A stretch of DNA of 64,000 nt from Candidatus Doudnabacteria bacterium (GTDB lineage Bacteria; Patescibacteriota; Doudnabacteria; UBA920; O2-02-FULL-48-8), in NCBI GenBank assembly GCA_016186915.1, contig JACPKU010000006.1, positions 12,488 through 76,487 on the forward strand, written 5' to 3'. Of the stretch, positions 51,464-60,668 are shown piece after piece; the stretch's first letter is position 1; each line of letters opens with the position of its first letter. The notes under the pieces are model-generated. The model was not told the DNA's origin, did no database searches, and saw nothing but the letters and a program-made list of their open reading frames with translations. The translations under genes were made by a program, and so were the position numbers.

Positions 51464-52615
51464 ATGCGTCAGAGCGAGTATGCTCAAGCCGGAGTCGATT
51501 ACACGCAGATCCAAGGGTTCAAGGACGCAATGGTCGAAGTGGGGAAGAAAACTCTGGCTTTCCCAAATCGGCGAGGCGTCTACGTCGAGCAAGACGTCAT
51601 GCACAGCCACGGGGTGGTTTACTACTACCACGGGCCGGCGAGGACTCATCGTTGGGCGAAGACCCAGGAAGGCCTTGGCAACAAGAACTGGATCGCCGAA
51701 TGGATGTACCAGTTCAGTGGAACGGGTCGGACCTACTACGAAGGTATCGGGATCGACACTGCCCGCATGGCAGTCAACGACAACATCGCTCAGGGCGCGA
51801 TGCCTGCCGTGTACACCGACGAGGTCGCGGCCGGTCCAAGCAGTTGGTTTTCAGACCGGCGTCGAGCGGCGGATTTGGCGAACGGGTTCTTTCGTGCATG
51901 TGAAGAGGATGGGATGGCTCTCGGAGCAGGCGAATCGCCAGCGCTCAAGTACCTCATCAACGCGCTGCCGCCGGTTACCAGTGCACCGTCCCTGAGTGGG
52001 TCGGTTACGGGGATCATTGCGCCAGCAAGTCGGCTGATCACCGGCAAGAAGCTGCGAGCTGGGGACAAGATCATCGGCGTGCCTTCGAGCGGTCTTCAGG
52101 CGAACGGAATTTCGCTCGTGATCCGTCGAACCATGGGCGACCCGTCAGCCGGCATCCCTCCATTGAAGGACGGGTTCCTCACCAAGTTGCCGAACGGCAA
52201 CACTCTTGGAGAGGAAGCGTTGATCCCGACGCGGTCATACGTGGCGTTCGTTGAAGCGCTTCAGGAAGCTGATGTGGAGATTCACGCACTACTTCCTGGG
52301 ACAGGGGATGGCGTCGCGAAGCTGGCGTTCGACAAGCGTCCGTTCACTTACCGCGTACACACCTGGACGCCGAACATTCCGCTTTTGTTCTTGTTCATGC
52401 GGGAGTTGGGCGTTTCCCTGGAAGATTGTCTCAAGACTTTCAACTGGGGGATCGGCCTCTACGCGTTCGTGCCGCCTAACGAAGTTGACCATGTGATCCA
52501 GATCGGGAGGGACATAGGGGACGAGGTCCTGGAGGTCGGGGTGGTCGAGCAGGGTGAACGCATGACCATCTTCGGGCCAGCGAACGATCTTAAGCTCCCA
52601 CCCCCAGGGGAGTAG
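51464..52615 (+). CDS. purM: Phosphoribosylformylglycinamidine cyclo-ligase (AIR synthetase) PurM homologue with a ~45-aa insertion; high-GC island
   Basis: EYAQAGVDY (PurM SYKDAGVDI), GIGIDTARMAVNDNIAQGAMP, PSSGLQANGISLVIRR (PurM GSSGPHSNGYSLVRK), ALIPTRSYV (LLAPTRIYV), KTFNWGIGLYAFVP; SD ggggagg-N6-ATG; GC ~60%. Confidence 0.8.
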   Translation: MRQSEYAQAGVDYTQIQGFKDAMVEVGKKTLAFPNRRGVYVEQDVMHSHGVVYYYHGPARTHRWAKTQEGLGNKNWIAEWMYQFSGTGRTYYEGIGIDTARMAVNDNIAQGAMPAVYTDEVAAGPSSWFSDRRRAADLANGFFRACEEDGMALGAGESPALKYLINALPPVTSAPSLSGSVTGIIAPASRLITGKKLRAGDKIIGVPSSGLQANGISLVIRRTMGDPSAGIPPLKDGFLTKLPNGNTLGEEALIPTRSYVAFVEALQEADVEIHALLPGTGDGVAKLAFDKRPFTYRVHTWTPNIPLLFLFMRELGVSLEDCLKTFNWGIGLYAFVPPNEVDHVIQIGRDIGDEVLEVGVVEQGERMTIFGPANDLKLPPPGE

Positions 52616-52641
52616 CGGGGATGCTATTGTCCGGATCTGTT

Positions 52642-52679
52642 GCCGCTTTCGTGAGGGAATGAAAGCGGCTTATTTTTTT
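52642..52679 (+). terminator. Intrinsic terminator gccgctttc..gaaagcggc followed by a T-run
   Basis: 9-bp stem then ttattttttt; marks the end of the high-GC island. Confidence 0.75.
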
Positions 52680-52696
52680 GCTATAATGGGATTACC

Positions 52697-54220
52697 ATGA
52701 CCTATGATTTGAAACAGCGTGGGGGGAAGCTGATTTTGCTGACTGCCATCATCGCTTCTGGCATGGCGTTTTTGGATGGCACAGTGGTGAATATCGCCCT
52801 GCCTGTGATTCAGGAAAGCTTTGGCGCGAGTTTGGGGCAATTAGCCTGGATCGTGAACGCGTTTGCCTTGACTCTCGCGTCCTTTTTGTTGATCAGCGGA
52901 GCGCTGGCTGATCGTTTGGGGCGCAAGAAAATGTTTTTGTTTGGGATCGTGTTGTTCACGCTGTCCTCTTTGTGGTGCGCTTTGGCGCGGGATGCCACCA
53001 TGTTGATTATCGCGCGCGCTGTGCAGGGTTTGGGCGCGGCCATCATGATCCCAGGCAGCCTGACTATTATTAATTTATCTTTTGAGTCCAGCACCCGCGG
53101 CAAGGCCATTGGACTTTGGTCCGGCCTTTCCGGAGGGATTGCGGCGCTGGGCCCCTTCTTGGGCGGCGCTTTGGTGCAGAGTTTTGGCTGGCCGTCGATT
53201 TTTCTTATCAATTTACCACTCGGGGTGATCGCGTTTTTAGTGGGCTGGTGGGTGATTGCAGAAAGCAAAGCGGAGCAGGAGGGCAAGATTGACTGGTGGG
53301 GCGTGATCTTGTTAGTGCTGGGATTAACCGGTTTATCTTACGGCTTGATGCAAGCGCCGGCTCGAGGCTTTAGCCACCCGTTTATTCTGGCAGGTTTAAT
53401 TGGCGGAGCAGTATTGTTGGTTGCGTTTATCCTCCTCGAACTAAGAATCGCGAATGCCATCATGCCGTTGCATATTTTCAAAAATCGGCTGGTCGCGGGC
53501 GCCAATTTGGTCACCCTGTTTCTGTATTTCGCCCTCTATGGCACGATTTTCTTTTTGCCCTTAATTTTTCAACAAGCCCAGGGGTATACGCCGCTGCAGG
53601 CGGGGTTGGCGTTATTGCCCTCAATTTTGATTATTACGTTTCTTTCAGGTCCCGCAGGTGGCTTGGCAGACAAAATTGGACCCAGAAAGCAAATGATTTT
53701 TGGGCCCCTGACCGTGGCCATCGGTTTTGCGTCTTTGATCTGGCCCAATGTTGGGACGAATTACTGGACTGGTTATTTTCCGGGATTGGCATTGTTCGGT
53801 TTAGGCATGGCATTTGTGATCGCGCCCTTAACCAAGTCAGCGCTGTCGGTGGAAGAACGTTTCTCAGGTGCGGCTTCTGGCGTGAATAACGCGGTTTCCA
53901 GAATCGCGGCTTTACTCGCAGTGGCGATTCTGGGCATCGTGGCGTTGGGATTGTTTGGAGACAATTTAGCGGAAAAATTAAAACAAACCTCGCTTCACGA
54001 AGCGCAAAGACAGGAAATCAAAAACCAAGCGGACAAGCTTGGTGGCATAGAGATTCCAGAAACTTTTAATCAGGTCGAAGCCTCGGAAGCCGCAAGAGTG
54101 ATAGATGAAGCATTCGTCTTCAGCTTCAGATGGATCGCCGGAATTAACGCGCTCTTAGCGTTTTTGAGTGCCTTGGTTTCAGTTTGGTTGATACGTCCGA
54201 AAGTCAAGCCAGTTATTTAG
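52697..54220 (+). CDS. MFS transporter, DHA2 (EmrB/QacA-type, 14 TM) drug:H+ antiporter family
   Basis: MFS motif A-like LADRLGRKKMF, 14 predicted helices; TATAAT 9 nt upstream of the ATG. Confidence 0.85.
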   Translation: MTYDLKQRGGKLILLTAIIASGMAFLDGTVVNIALPVIQESFGASLGQLAWIVNAFALTLASFLLISGALADRLGRKKMFLFGIVLFTLSSLWCALARDATMLIIARAVQGLGAAIMIPGSLTIINLSFESSTRGKAIGLWSGLSGGIAALGPFLGGALVQSFGWPSIFLINLPLGVIAFLVGWWVIAESKAEQEGKIDWWGVILLVLGLTGLSYGLMQAPARGFSHPFILAGLIGGAVLLVAFILLELRIANAIMPLHIFKNRLVAGANLVTLFLYFALYGTIFFLPLIFQQAQGYTPLQAGLALLPSILIITFLSGPAGGLADKIGPRKQMIFGPLTVAIGFASLIWPNVGTNYWTGYFPGLALFGLGMAFVIAPLTKSALSVEERFSGAASGVNNAVSRIAALLAVAILGIVALGLFGDNLAEKLKQTSLHEAQRQEIKNQADKLGGIEIPETFNQVEASEAARVIDEAFVFSFRWIAGINALLAFLSALVSVWLIRPKVKPVI

Positions 54221-55279
54221 CTCCGACTGTGTAGAAACATAGCCGGCGATATCGGTGCTAACACCTTTCCTAATTCCCAAATGCAGGTGTTTGCGTTCGT
54301 CGTCGGTTTCTGTGCTAAATCCGTTTCCTAAGACAGCAATTTGTTCTCCCGGCAAAATATAATTGCCGGGATTTTTCGTCACAGAAGAAAGCCGGACGTG
54401 TCCATACAATATAGTCACATTTTGCCCTTCAATTTCGCAATCTTGAATGATTAAGCCGCCATAACCAGAAGTAGAGCGTTTTTGCCTGAGACTGCCACCG
54501 CAGATCGCATAGACTGCCACATCCGTGTTTTCTTCACCCGGCAAGATTTCATAATCCACAGCATTGTGAAAGCCGGTAAATTTTTCCGGGCTGACTGGGG
54601 AGTTGCCGGGTTCCACGTAAAGGCCAAAGGGTTTTTTCGTCACTCTTTCATTCGCCCGGTCAATCGGCTGCTTGAGGCCTGCTTGGTCATTGTGAAAAGC
54701 CAAACTATCCAGAAAATTTTCAAATTCATTTTCAGAATATTCGGGGTTGTGTGCAAACACGTAAAAAGTAGTAGGGGAATTTTGAGAGAAACGAATGTCT
54801 GTGAGTTTGTGTTGTTCATTTCGCCACGAAGGCTGGGAAGGAAAATTTGCCACCCCTGGTTTTTTCCTGATTTCGTATTCGACAGCGGCGTGTCCGTGAA
54901 TTTCGGTTTCATTCCTTTGTAAAATATCCACGGTAGTAAGCGTCAGAAATTGGCTGGCTTCAAAGTAACGAATAAAAATCCGCGAGCGTTCCCGCAGGTC
55001 GCCATCGCCGTCTTTTTCGTAAAGATTGAGGCTTTCTATTTCCGGCACGTATTCCACAGCCAAATCTTCAGAAATTTCTGCAGAGAATCGGAATTTGGGA
55101 TTAAAGCCGGCAAACTCCATGCGGTTGACATCTGCCTCAGTTTGTGGCGAATCGGATGCTTGATTATTCAAGGGTTGATTTGAGAGCCGCGAGTCACTGG
55201 ATCTATTGCTAAACACGATTATCCCAATGATTATAAGCAATCCCGCCAATCCCCATCCAATATATTTATAGTTATTCAT
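54179..55279 (-). CDS. Membrane-anchored M23-family (LytM-like) metallopeptidase
   Basis: HNAVDY (HxxxD) and HLHLGI (HxH) zinc-ligand motifs; N-terminal TM; 3' end overlaps the convergent MFS gene by ~40 nt. Confidence 0.8.
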   Translation of the reverse strand: MNNYKYIGWGLAGLLIIIGIIVFSNRSSDSRLSNQPLNNQASDSPQTEADVNRMEFAGFNPKFRFSAEISEDLAVEYVPEIESLNLYEKDGDGDLRERSRIFIRYFEASQFLTLTTVDILQRNETEIHGHAAVEYEIRKKPGVANFPSQPSWRNEQHKLTDIRFSQNSPTTFYVFAHNPEYSENEFENFLDSLAFHNDQAGLKQPIDRANERVTKKPFGLYVEPGNSPVSPEKFTGFHNAVDYEILPGEENTDVAVYAICGGSLRQKRSTSGYGGLIIQDCEIEGQNVTILYGHVRLSSVTKNPGNYILPGEQIAVLGNGFSTETDDERKHLHLGIRKGVSTDIAGYVSTQSELNNWLDFRTYQPN

Positions 55280-55329
55280 ATCCTTATTAAACTTTTAAAT
55301 AAAAGAAAAATCAAGTATACTAATTAACG

Positions 55330-56781
55330 ATGTTGCAAATTGGCCGGAACATTTTTAGTCTAGTGTTTAGTCGGGTAATTGCCGGGATTATCCTGTTTTT
55401 AATTTATGCCCAACTGGCGCAGTATTTGGGACCGGTGAAGGCCGGGCAATACGGCCTCTTGGCAGGATTCATCACGGTGTTTAGCATATTCGTGGATTTG
55501 GGCATGTCCCAGCTGGTGATCAAAAAAATCAGCGAGGACAGGGCGCGTGCCTCAAAAATACTAGCCAATTATTTTAGTATACAGTTTTTGTTGGGGGTAG
55601 GGTTTATGCTGATTATGGCTGGATATATTTTCACCACGGACTATCCGCAGATCGTGAAAAATGCCTTGTATATCACCAGCGTGGCTCTACTTCTTTCGTC
55701 CATGAGTTTGCCGTTTCGTTCAGTGATCAACGCTTTTCAGAAATTAACCATCATCGCCCAAGTTAATTTTGTCAATTCAGTGATCAACGGCGGCATGATG
55801 ATTTTGGCCATTTATTTCCGCACCGACATTTTTTTTCTGGCTTTTATTAGTATCGCTGTCAGCGTATTTGATTTGCTGATCTATGGAATAGTCACGCACA
55901 AAAAATTTACGCCTTTCCGGATAGAATTTGATAAATCATTCGTCAAACAACTTTTTATCTGGACCTTCCCTTTTACCTTGCTGACTTTTTTCAGCATTTA
56001 CAACCGGATTGACGCGCTCATGCTCCCGCAGCTGCGGGATTTTCGTGAGACTGGTTATTATGCGGCGGCTTACAAGTTTTGGGATGTGCTGGCTTTTTTC
56101 CCGGCGGTGATCGCGATCTCGCTTTATCCTTTTTTTGCGGAAGCTTTGAGCCGCAATCTTAGAGATCAAGCAAAAAAGGGATTGGAAACCTATACGCGTT
56201 ACATGATTGCGATTGCTCTGCCATTGGCAGCCGGTGCTTTTTTAGTCTCGGGTGAACTTATAAATATTTTTTACGGTGCAGATTTTGCTCCAGCGGCCCC
56301 TGCCATGTGGATCTTGATTGCTGCGGTGGCAGTGCTGTTTATTTATACGCCTGTTAACAGCATGATTATTTCCCAAGAGACCAAGGCTGCTACCAAGATA
56401 ACCGGATTTACTTTGCTGTTTAACTTTACGACCAACTTGATTTTCATCCCGATCTTTGGGTTTGTGGCCGCGGCTGTAACCACAGTGGCCAGCGAGTTGA
56501 TCCAGCTGTTTGGGTATACTTGGGTGATAAAGCGGCGGGTGGTGCAGTTTCAATTTTTTAGACATTTCATAAAACCGATTGCTGCAGTGGTCGTGATGGC
56601 TGGGGCAGTTGTTTATCTGAAACCTTTGCTCCAGCTTTGGCTTGTGATTGGGTTGGCAGGAGTGATTTATGCGATGGCGTTATACTTGCTTAAATTTTTT
56701 AACCGAGAAGACTGGGAGCTGTTTAAGGCCGCAGTGAACGTCCGCAAACAAGTGGATACAGAAAGGGATGTGATCACATGA
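55330..56781 (+). CDS. Polysaccharide biosynthesis protein / Wzx-like flippase (MOP superfamily)
   Basis: 12-14 TM with MOP-flippase-like N-terminal pattern. Confidence 0.7.
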   Translation: MLQIGRNIFSLVFSRVIAGIILFLIYAQLAQYLGPVKAGQYGLLAGFITVFSIFVDLGMSQLVIKKISEDRARASKILANYFSIQFLLGVGFMLIMAGYIFTTDYPQIVKNALYITSVALLLSSMSLPFRSVINAFQKLTIIAQVNFVNSVINGGMMILAIYFRTDIFFLAFISIAVSVFDLLIYGIVTHKKFTPFRIEFDKSFVKQLFIWTFPFTLLTFFSIYNRIDALMLPQLRDFRETGYYAAAYKFWDVLAFFPAVIAISLYPFFAEALSRNLRDQAKKGLETYTRYMIAIALPLAAGAFLVSGELINIFYGADFAPAAPAMWILIAAVAVLFIYTPVNSMIISQETKAATKITGFTLLFNFTTNLIFIPIFGFVAAAVTTVASELIQLFGYTWVIKRRVVQFQFFRHFIKPIAAVVVMAGAVVYLKPLLQLWLVIGLAGVIYAMALYLLKFFNREDWELFKAAVNVRKQVDTERDVIT

Positions 56782-57923
56782 CTATAGGGTTAGAAGCAGA
56801 ACGAGCAAATTTGCCGAATCCAACAGGAGTGGAGGTTTATGCGGCCCAGTTGATAAAACATTTGGCAAAACTGGATCAGCGAAATCAGTATGTTTTATAC
56901 TTCCGCACCAAACCGCAGGATTGGTTTTACAAACTGCCTTCGAATTTTAGGATTAAGGTAATGCCGTTTCCAAAGTTTTGGACCCAGCTGCGTTTGTCTT
57001 GGGAAATGATTTGGCATCCAGTGGACGTGCTGGTGATTCTGGCTTCTGCTCTGCCTTTCATCCATCCAAAAAATTCAATTTTTACCGCCCACGACATTGC
57101 CTACGAATTTTTTCCAGAGGCGTTTACCCCGTTTATGCGCAATTATTTAATTTGGTCTACGCGATTCGCCGCCCGTCATGCGGCAAAAATTATCGCGGTA
57201 TCGGATTCCACAAAGCATGATTTGGTTAAGCGGTATCAGGTGTCACCAGAGAATGTGAAAACCATTCATCTTGCCGTAGATCACAGCCAGCTTAAGCCCC
57301 TTGCAGAAGGTGAGGTAAAAGCCGTTTTAGATAAGTTTGGTCTGGAATATAAAAAATATATATTATTTATTGGCACCTTGCAGCCAAGAAAAAATATCAA
57401 ACGATTAGTCGACGCCTATATTCAGTTGAAAAAAGAAAAGGGGATTGAGGAAAAGCTGGTTATAGCCGGCGGGAAAGGCTGGTTGTTCGAGCCGATTTTG
57501 AAAAAAATCAATCAGGCGGGAATGCAAGAAGAGATTAAATTTTTAGGCTACATCGAAGAAGCAGACAAATGCGCTTTATACAACGGTGCCGTAGCTTTGA
57601 CCTTGCCCGCTTTGTATGAAGGCTTTGGCCTGCCGCCACTTGAGGCCATGGCTTGCGGCGTGTCGGTGGTGGTGTCGAATGTTTCTTCTTTGCCGGAAGT
57701 GGTGGGCGAGGCGGGTGTTATGGTTGATCCGAATTCCACGGATTCGATAGCACAGGGGCTGTTTAAGATTTTGTCGGATAAAAATCTCCAAAAGGAATTG
57801 GGTGAGAAAGGCATTGCAAGAGCAAGGCAGTTTACCTGGGCGGAGACCGCAAGGAAGACACTGGCTTTGCTTGAAAGCTTAAATACCCCTGACCATCCCC
57901 GAGTCGAGGATTTAGGTAAGTAA
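56778..57923 (+). CDS. Glycosyltransferase family 4
   Basis: GT4 C-terminal signature ALYNGAVALTLPALYEGFGLPPLEAMACGVSVVVSN; ATGA overlap with the wzx-like gene. Confidence 0.85.
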   Translation: MTIGLEAERANLPNPTGVEVYAAQLIKHLAKLDQRNQYVLYFRTKPQDWFYKLPSNFRIKVMPFPKFWTQLRLSWEMIWHPVDVLVILASALPFIHPKNSIFTAHDIAYEFFPEAFTPFMRNYLIWSTRFAARHAAKIIAVSDSTKHDLVKRYQVSPENVKTIHLAVDHSQLKPLAEGEVKAVLDKFGLEYKKYILFIGTLQPRKNIKRLVDAYIQLKKEKGIEEKLVIAGGKGWLFEPILKKINQAGMQEEIKFLGYIEEADKCALYNGAVALTLPALYEGFGLPPLEAMACGVSVVVSNVSSLPEVVGEAGVMVDPNSTDSIAQGLFKILSDKNLQKELGEKGIARARQFTWAETARKTLALLESLNTPDHPRVEDLGK

Positions 57924-57995
57924 TCGGGGATCTTTGCGAGCTTAGTAAGATCCCCGCTCAGCTCAAAGAATTCTTAGCGGGGATGGGAATGCAAT
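57924..57995 (+). promoter_or_regulatory. Two mutually exclusive hairpins (cggggatctt..aagatccccg and atccccgct..agcggggat) between the GT4 and wzy-like genes
   Basis: Both stems share the gatccccg segment, so only one can form at a time. Confidence 0.45.
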
Positions 57996-59267
57996 ATGCT
58001 TTTATTTATCTTCTTCACAATTTTAGCTCTCGCATTTTTCTACCTTTTCATCCGCGGGCCGTACAAACAAAGCCCGTTGTGGCTTATGCTCTCTGCCTGG
58101 ATGATCGGTTTGGGCGTGCCGCAATTGCATTTATCCCGCCTCGAAAAAGATTGGTATCCGGAATATTGGGGCTTGGTTTTGATTTCCTTGTTAAGTTTTA
58201 GCTTGGGATTCTTTGTTTTTTATTACATTTGGGAACATTGGCCAATTTGGAACAAAGTAAAGTTTTTGGTGAAAGACACTGTTTCAGTTAAGAATTTGCG
58301 CATAGTTATTTATGTTCTGTTTGCCGTTTCGCTGGTTGCGCTTTATTTGTTTTATGTTAGGGCCGGTAATTTTCCGCTTTTGGCCGAAGATACCGACGTG
58401 TTTCGATTCGAAGCCGATGAGCAAGTGCCGGGACTGATCAACTACACCGCCCAGTTTGCCCGCTTGTTTATCCCTTTGTCTTTTTTCTTGTTTTTCTTTG
58501 AAGGTTTTGGCTGGCGTAAACACTGGGATTTGGTTCTGCTTTCCCTGTTAGGGACAATAGCGCTCATCTTATTTGCCTCGCGCACCCAGATATTTTTTAT
58601 AGACCTTTGGGTTATGGCCTTGTATTTGTTTATGCGAAGGCCTAACTGGAAACAAGCCTTAAAGTTTTATCCCGTGTTTTTGCTAATTTCAATTCTGGTT
58701 TTAGCAGCCGTGCCGTTGTATCGGCAATACAAAAGCTATGGCACCACAGATTACTTGGCAGGTGTTACTGCCATAGACTCGTCTGGGTATAACCCTTTTA
58801 AAAAAGCCTTGCTGCCGATTTATGTAGGAGTATCATTTAACCAGCAAGCGCTTTTGCATGCGCACGAATACTATGAAACGCACCCGATCCAAAATGGACG
58901 AGTGACCTTGGATCCGTTTACCAACATTTTAGGTTTGGATAAGCTTAAATCAGATTTTGACCTTTGCCAAATCTTTAAGTGTTGGTGGAACACGGGCACT
59001 TATCTGTTCCCGTTTGTGCAGGATTTCGGCGCCAAGGCTTTTTATTTCATTCCATTTTTGATGGCCGGTATCCTGACTTTACTTTGGCGTTATTGGATAG
59101 ACGTGAAAAATTTTCTCTCTCACAATCTTTATGCTTATGCCGTATTTTTTATGGTGATGACGATTTATCTCTCCTTCACCGTCCGCGCCGAAATGTATTT
59201 GGACTTGTTTTTATTGCTTGCAATTTATTTATTCGTCAGTAAAACACATTCATACAGTCGTGTATGA
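57996..59267 (+). CDS. Polytopic membrane protein, possibly O-antigen/oligosaccharide polymerase (Wzy-like)
   Basis: 10 or more TM with a large periplasmic loop; located in the polysaccharide cluster. Confidence 0.45.
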   Translation: MLLFIFFTILALAFFYLFIRGPYKQSPLWLMLSAWMIGLGVPQLHLSRLEKDWYPEYWGLVLISLLSFSLGFFVFYYIWEHWPIWNKVKFLVKDTVSVKNLRIVIYVLFAVSLVALYLFYVRAGNFPLLAEDTDVFRFEADEQVPGLINYTAQFARLFIPLSFFLFFFEGFGWRKHWDLVLLSLLGTIALILFASRTQIFFIDLWVMALYLFMRRPNWKQALKFYPVFLLISILVLAAVPLYRQYKSYGTTDYLAGVTAIDSSGYNPFKKALLPIYVGVSFNQQALLHAHEYYETHPIQNGRVTLDPFTNILGLDKLKSDFDLCQIFKCWWNTGTYLFPFVQDFGAKAFYFIPFLMAGILTLLWRYWIDVKNFLSHNLYAYAVFFMVMTIYLSFTVRAEMYLDLFLLLAIYLFVSKTHSYSRV

Positions 59268-59293
59268 ATGTGTGACATATCACAAAATAAAAG

Positions 59294-59317
59294 GTAAAAT
59301 ACTTTAACGTATTATAA
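59294..59317. promoter_or_regulatory. Palindrome copy 3 (TAAAATAC-TTTAAC-GTATTATAA) upstream of the small basic protein + GT2 genes
   Basis: Core AATACTTTAACGTATTATAAG is identical to copy 2. Confidence 0.7.
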
Positions 59318-59319
59318 GT

Positions 59320-59541
59320 ATGCGCAAACTTAATTCCAAATTAAATCGTAAACAACAAAGAGAAAAGCTGCTTCAGAAGATGCTTTTCCTGATTCGGAAA
59401 AGTCCGGGGATTAGGCCGTCTAAACTTAATCGGCTTTTGAAGCTTGCTCATTCGGCGAGTTTTCGAAAGACATTAATTAAGCGTGGACTGATTATAAAAC
59501 GTAAAAAGGGTCCGGCGGTTTATTATTATGCACAAAGTTAG
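59320..59541 (+). CDS. Small basic (Lys/Arg-rich) hypothetical protein, possible winged-helix DNA-binding protein
   Basis: 73 aa with predicted pI above 10; overlaps the GT2 start by 14 nt. Confidence 0.4.
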   Translation: MRKLNSKLNRKQQREKLLQKMLFLIRKSPGIRPSKLNRLLKLAHSASFRKTLIKRGLIIKRKKGPAVYYYAQS

Positions 59542-60652
59542 CGTCATTGTAGTAATTTATAACGCGAAGAAATATATCAGACCGGTGTTTGAGGCGGTTT
59601 TGGCGCAGACCCATAAAGACCTGGAATTGATTGCGGTAATCAACGGCAACGATGATGGATCAAAAGAAATGATTGAGAAAAACTATTCCGCCTTCGCTAA
59701 AGCTTCGGCGGACAAGCCTCAAGTGAAAATCATTGATCCCGGGCGAAACACTTGGTTTGCGGAAGGGAATAATTTGGGGATTAAAGCATCAATTGGGGAA
59801 TTTGTTCAGTTGGTCAATCAAGATTTGATTTTAGAACCAGATTACATAGAAAAGCTTTTAAGGTCTTTTTTGGATCCACAAGTTGGGGCGGCTACTGGCA
59901 AGTTGTTGCGCTATGATTTTTCCGCCTACGCGCAAGGCTTCGGCGGATCCGCCGTAGCTTTAAGCGAAGGTGGAGAAAAAAACCAAAAGACAAACATCAT
60001 TGATTCCACGGGCGTGGTGATGTCAGCTTCCGGACGCGCTCGTGACCGCGGGCAGAATCAGGTTGATCAAAATCAGTTTCAGGCTGGGGAAGTGTTTGGC
60101 GTGTCGGGTGCAGGGCCGATGTATAGGAGAAGTGCATTGGAAAGCGTAAAATGGTGCGAGCCTTCGACTTTGCTTCGCTTGCTCAGGAAACGTCTGATGT
60201 TTCAGGCAACAAACAATTTGACCCCTGAGCCTGTCGAAGGGTCAAATTATTGTGAATACTTTGATCAGGATTTTGTGGCGTATTGGGAAGATGTGGATTT
60301 GTCGTGGCGGCTCAACCGCGCAGGGTTTAAAAACGTTTACGTGCCGGGCGCTGTGGCTTATCACGGCAGGACAGCAGGGCAGTCAAAAGGCGGGTACTGG
60401 CATTTTTGGCATTTTATTAAGCACCACTCTAAACTCTCAACTCAAATCCGCCGACTGAACTACAAAAACCACATACTTATGTACATTAAAAACGCGCCTT
60501 TCATTTTTCATCCCGCATTTTTGTTGCGTGAGATAGTGATGCTTGGATATATTTTTTTATTTGAAATCTCCACTTTGAAAATTTTCCCGGAACTAATTAG
60601 GCAAATACCGCGAGCACTGAGGAAGAGAGCACAAAAGTCATCCCAAACTTGA
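59528..60652 (+). CDS. Glycosyltransferase family 2
   Basis: VSVIVVIYNAKKYI..; DxD-type region and GT2 fold pattern. Confidence 0.8.
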   Translation: MHKVSVIVVIYNAKKYIRPVFEAVLAQTHKDLELIAVINGNDDGSKEMIEKNYSAFAKASADKPQVKIIDPGRNTWFAEGNNLGIKASIGEFVQLVNQDLILEPDYIEKLLRSFLDPQVGAATGKLLRYDFSAYAQGFGGSAVALSEGGEKNQKTNIIDSTGVVMSASGRARDRGQNQVDQNQFQAGEVFGVSGAGPMYRRSALESVKWCEPSTLLRLLRKRLMFQATNNLTPEPVEGSNYCEYFDQDFVAYWEDVDLSWRLNRAGFKNVYVPGAVAYHGRTAGQSKGGYWHFWHFIKHHSKLSTQIRRLNYKNHILMYIKNAPFIFHPAFLLREIVMLGYIFLFEISTLKIFPELIRQIPRALRKRAQKSSQT

Positions 60653-60668
60653 TTTGGGATCCAGGGGT

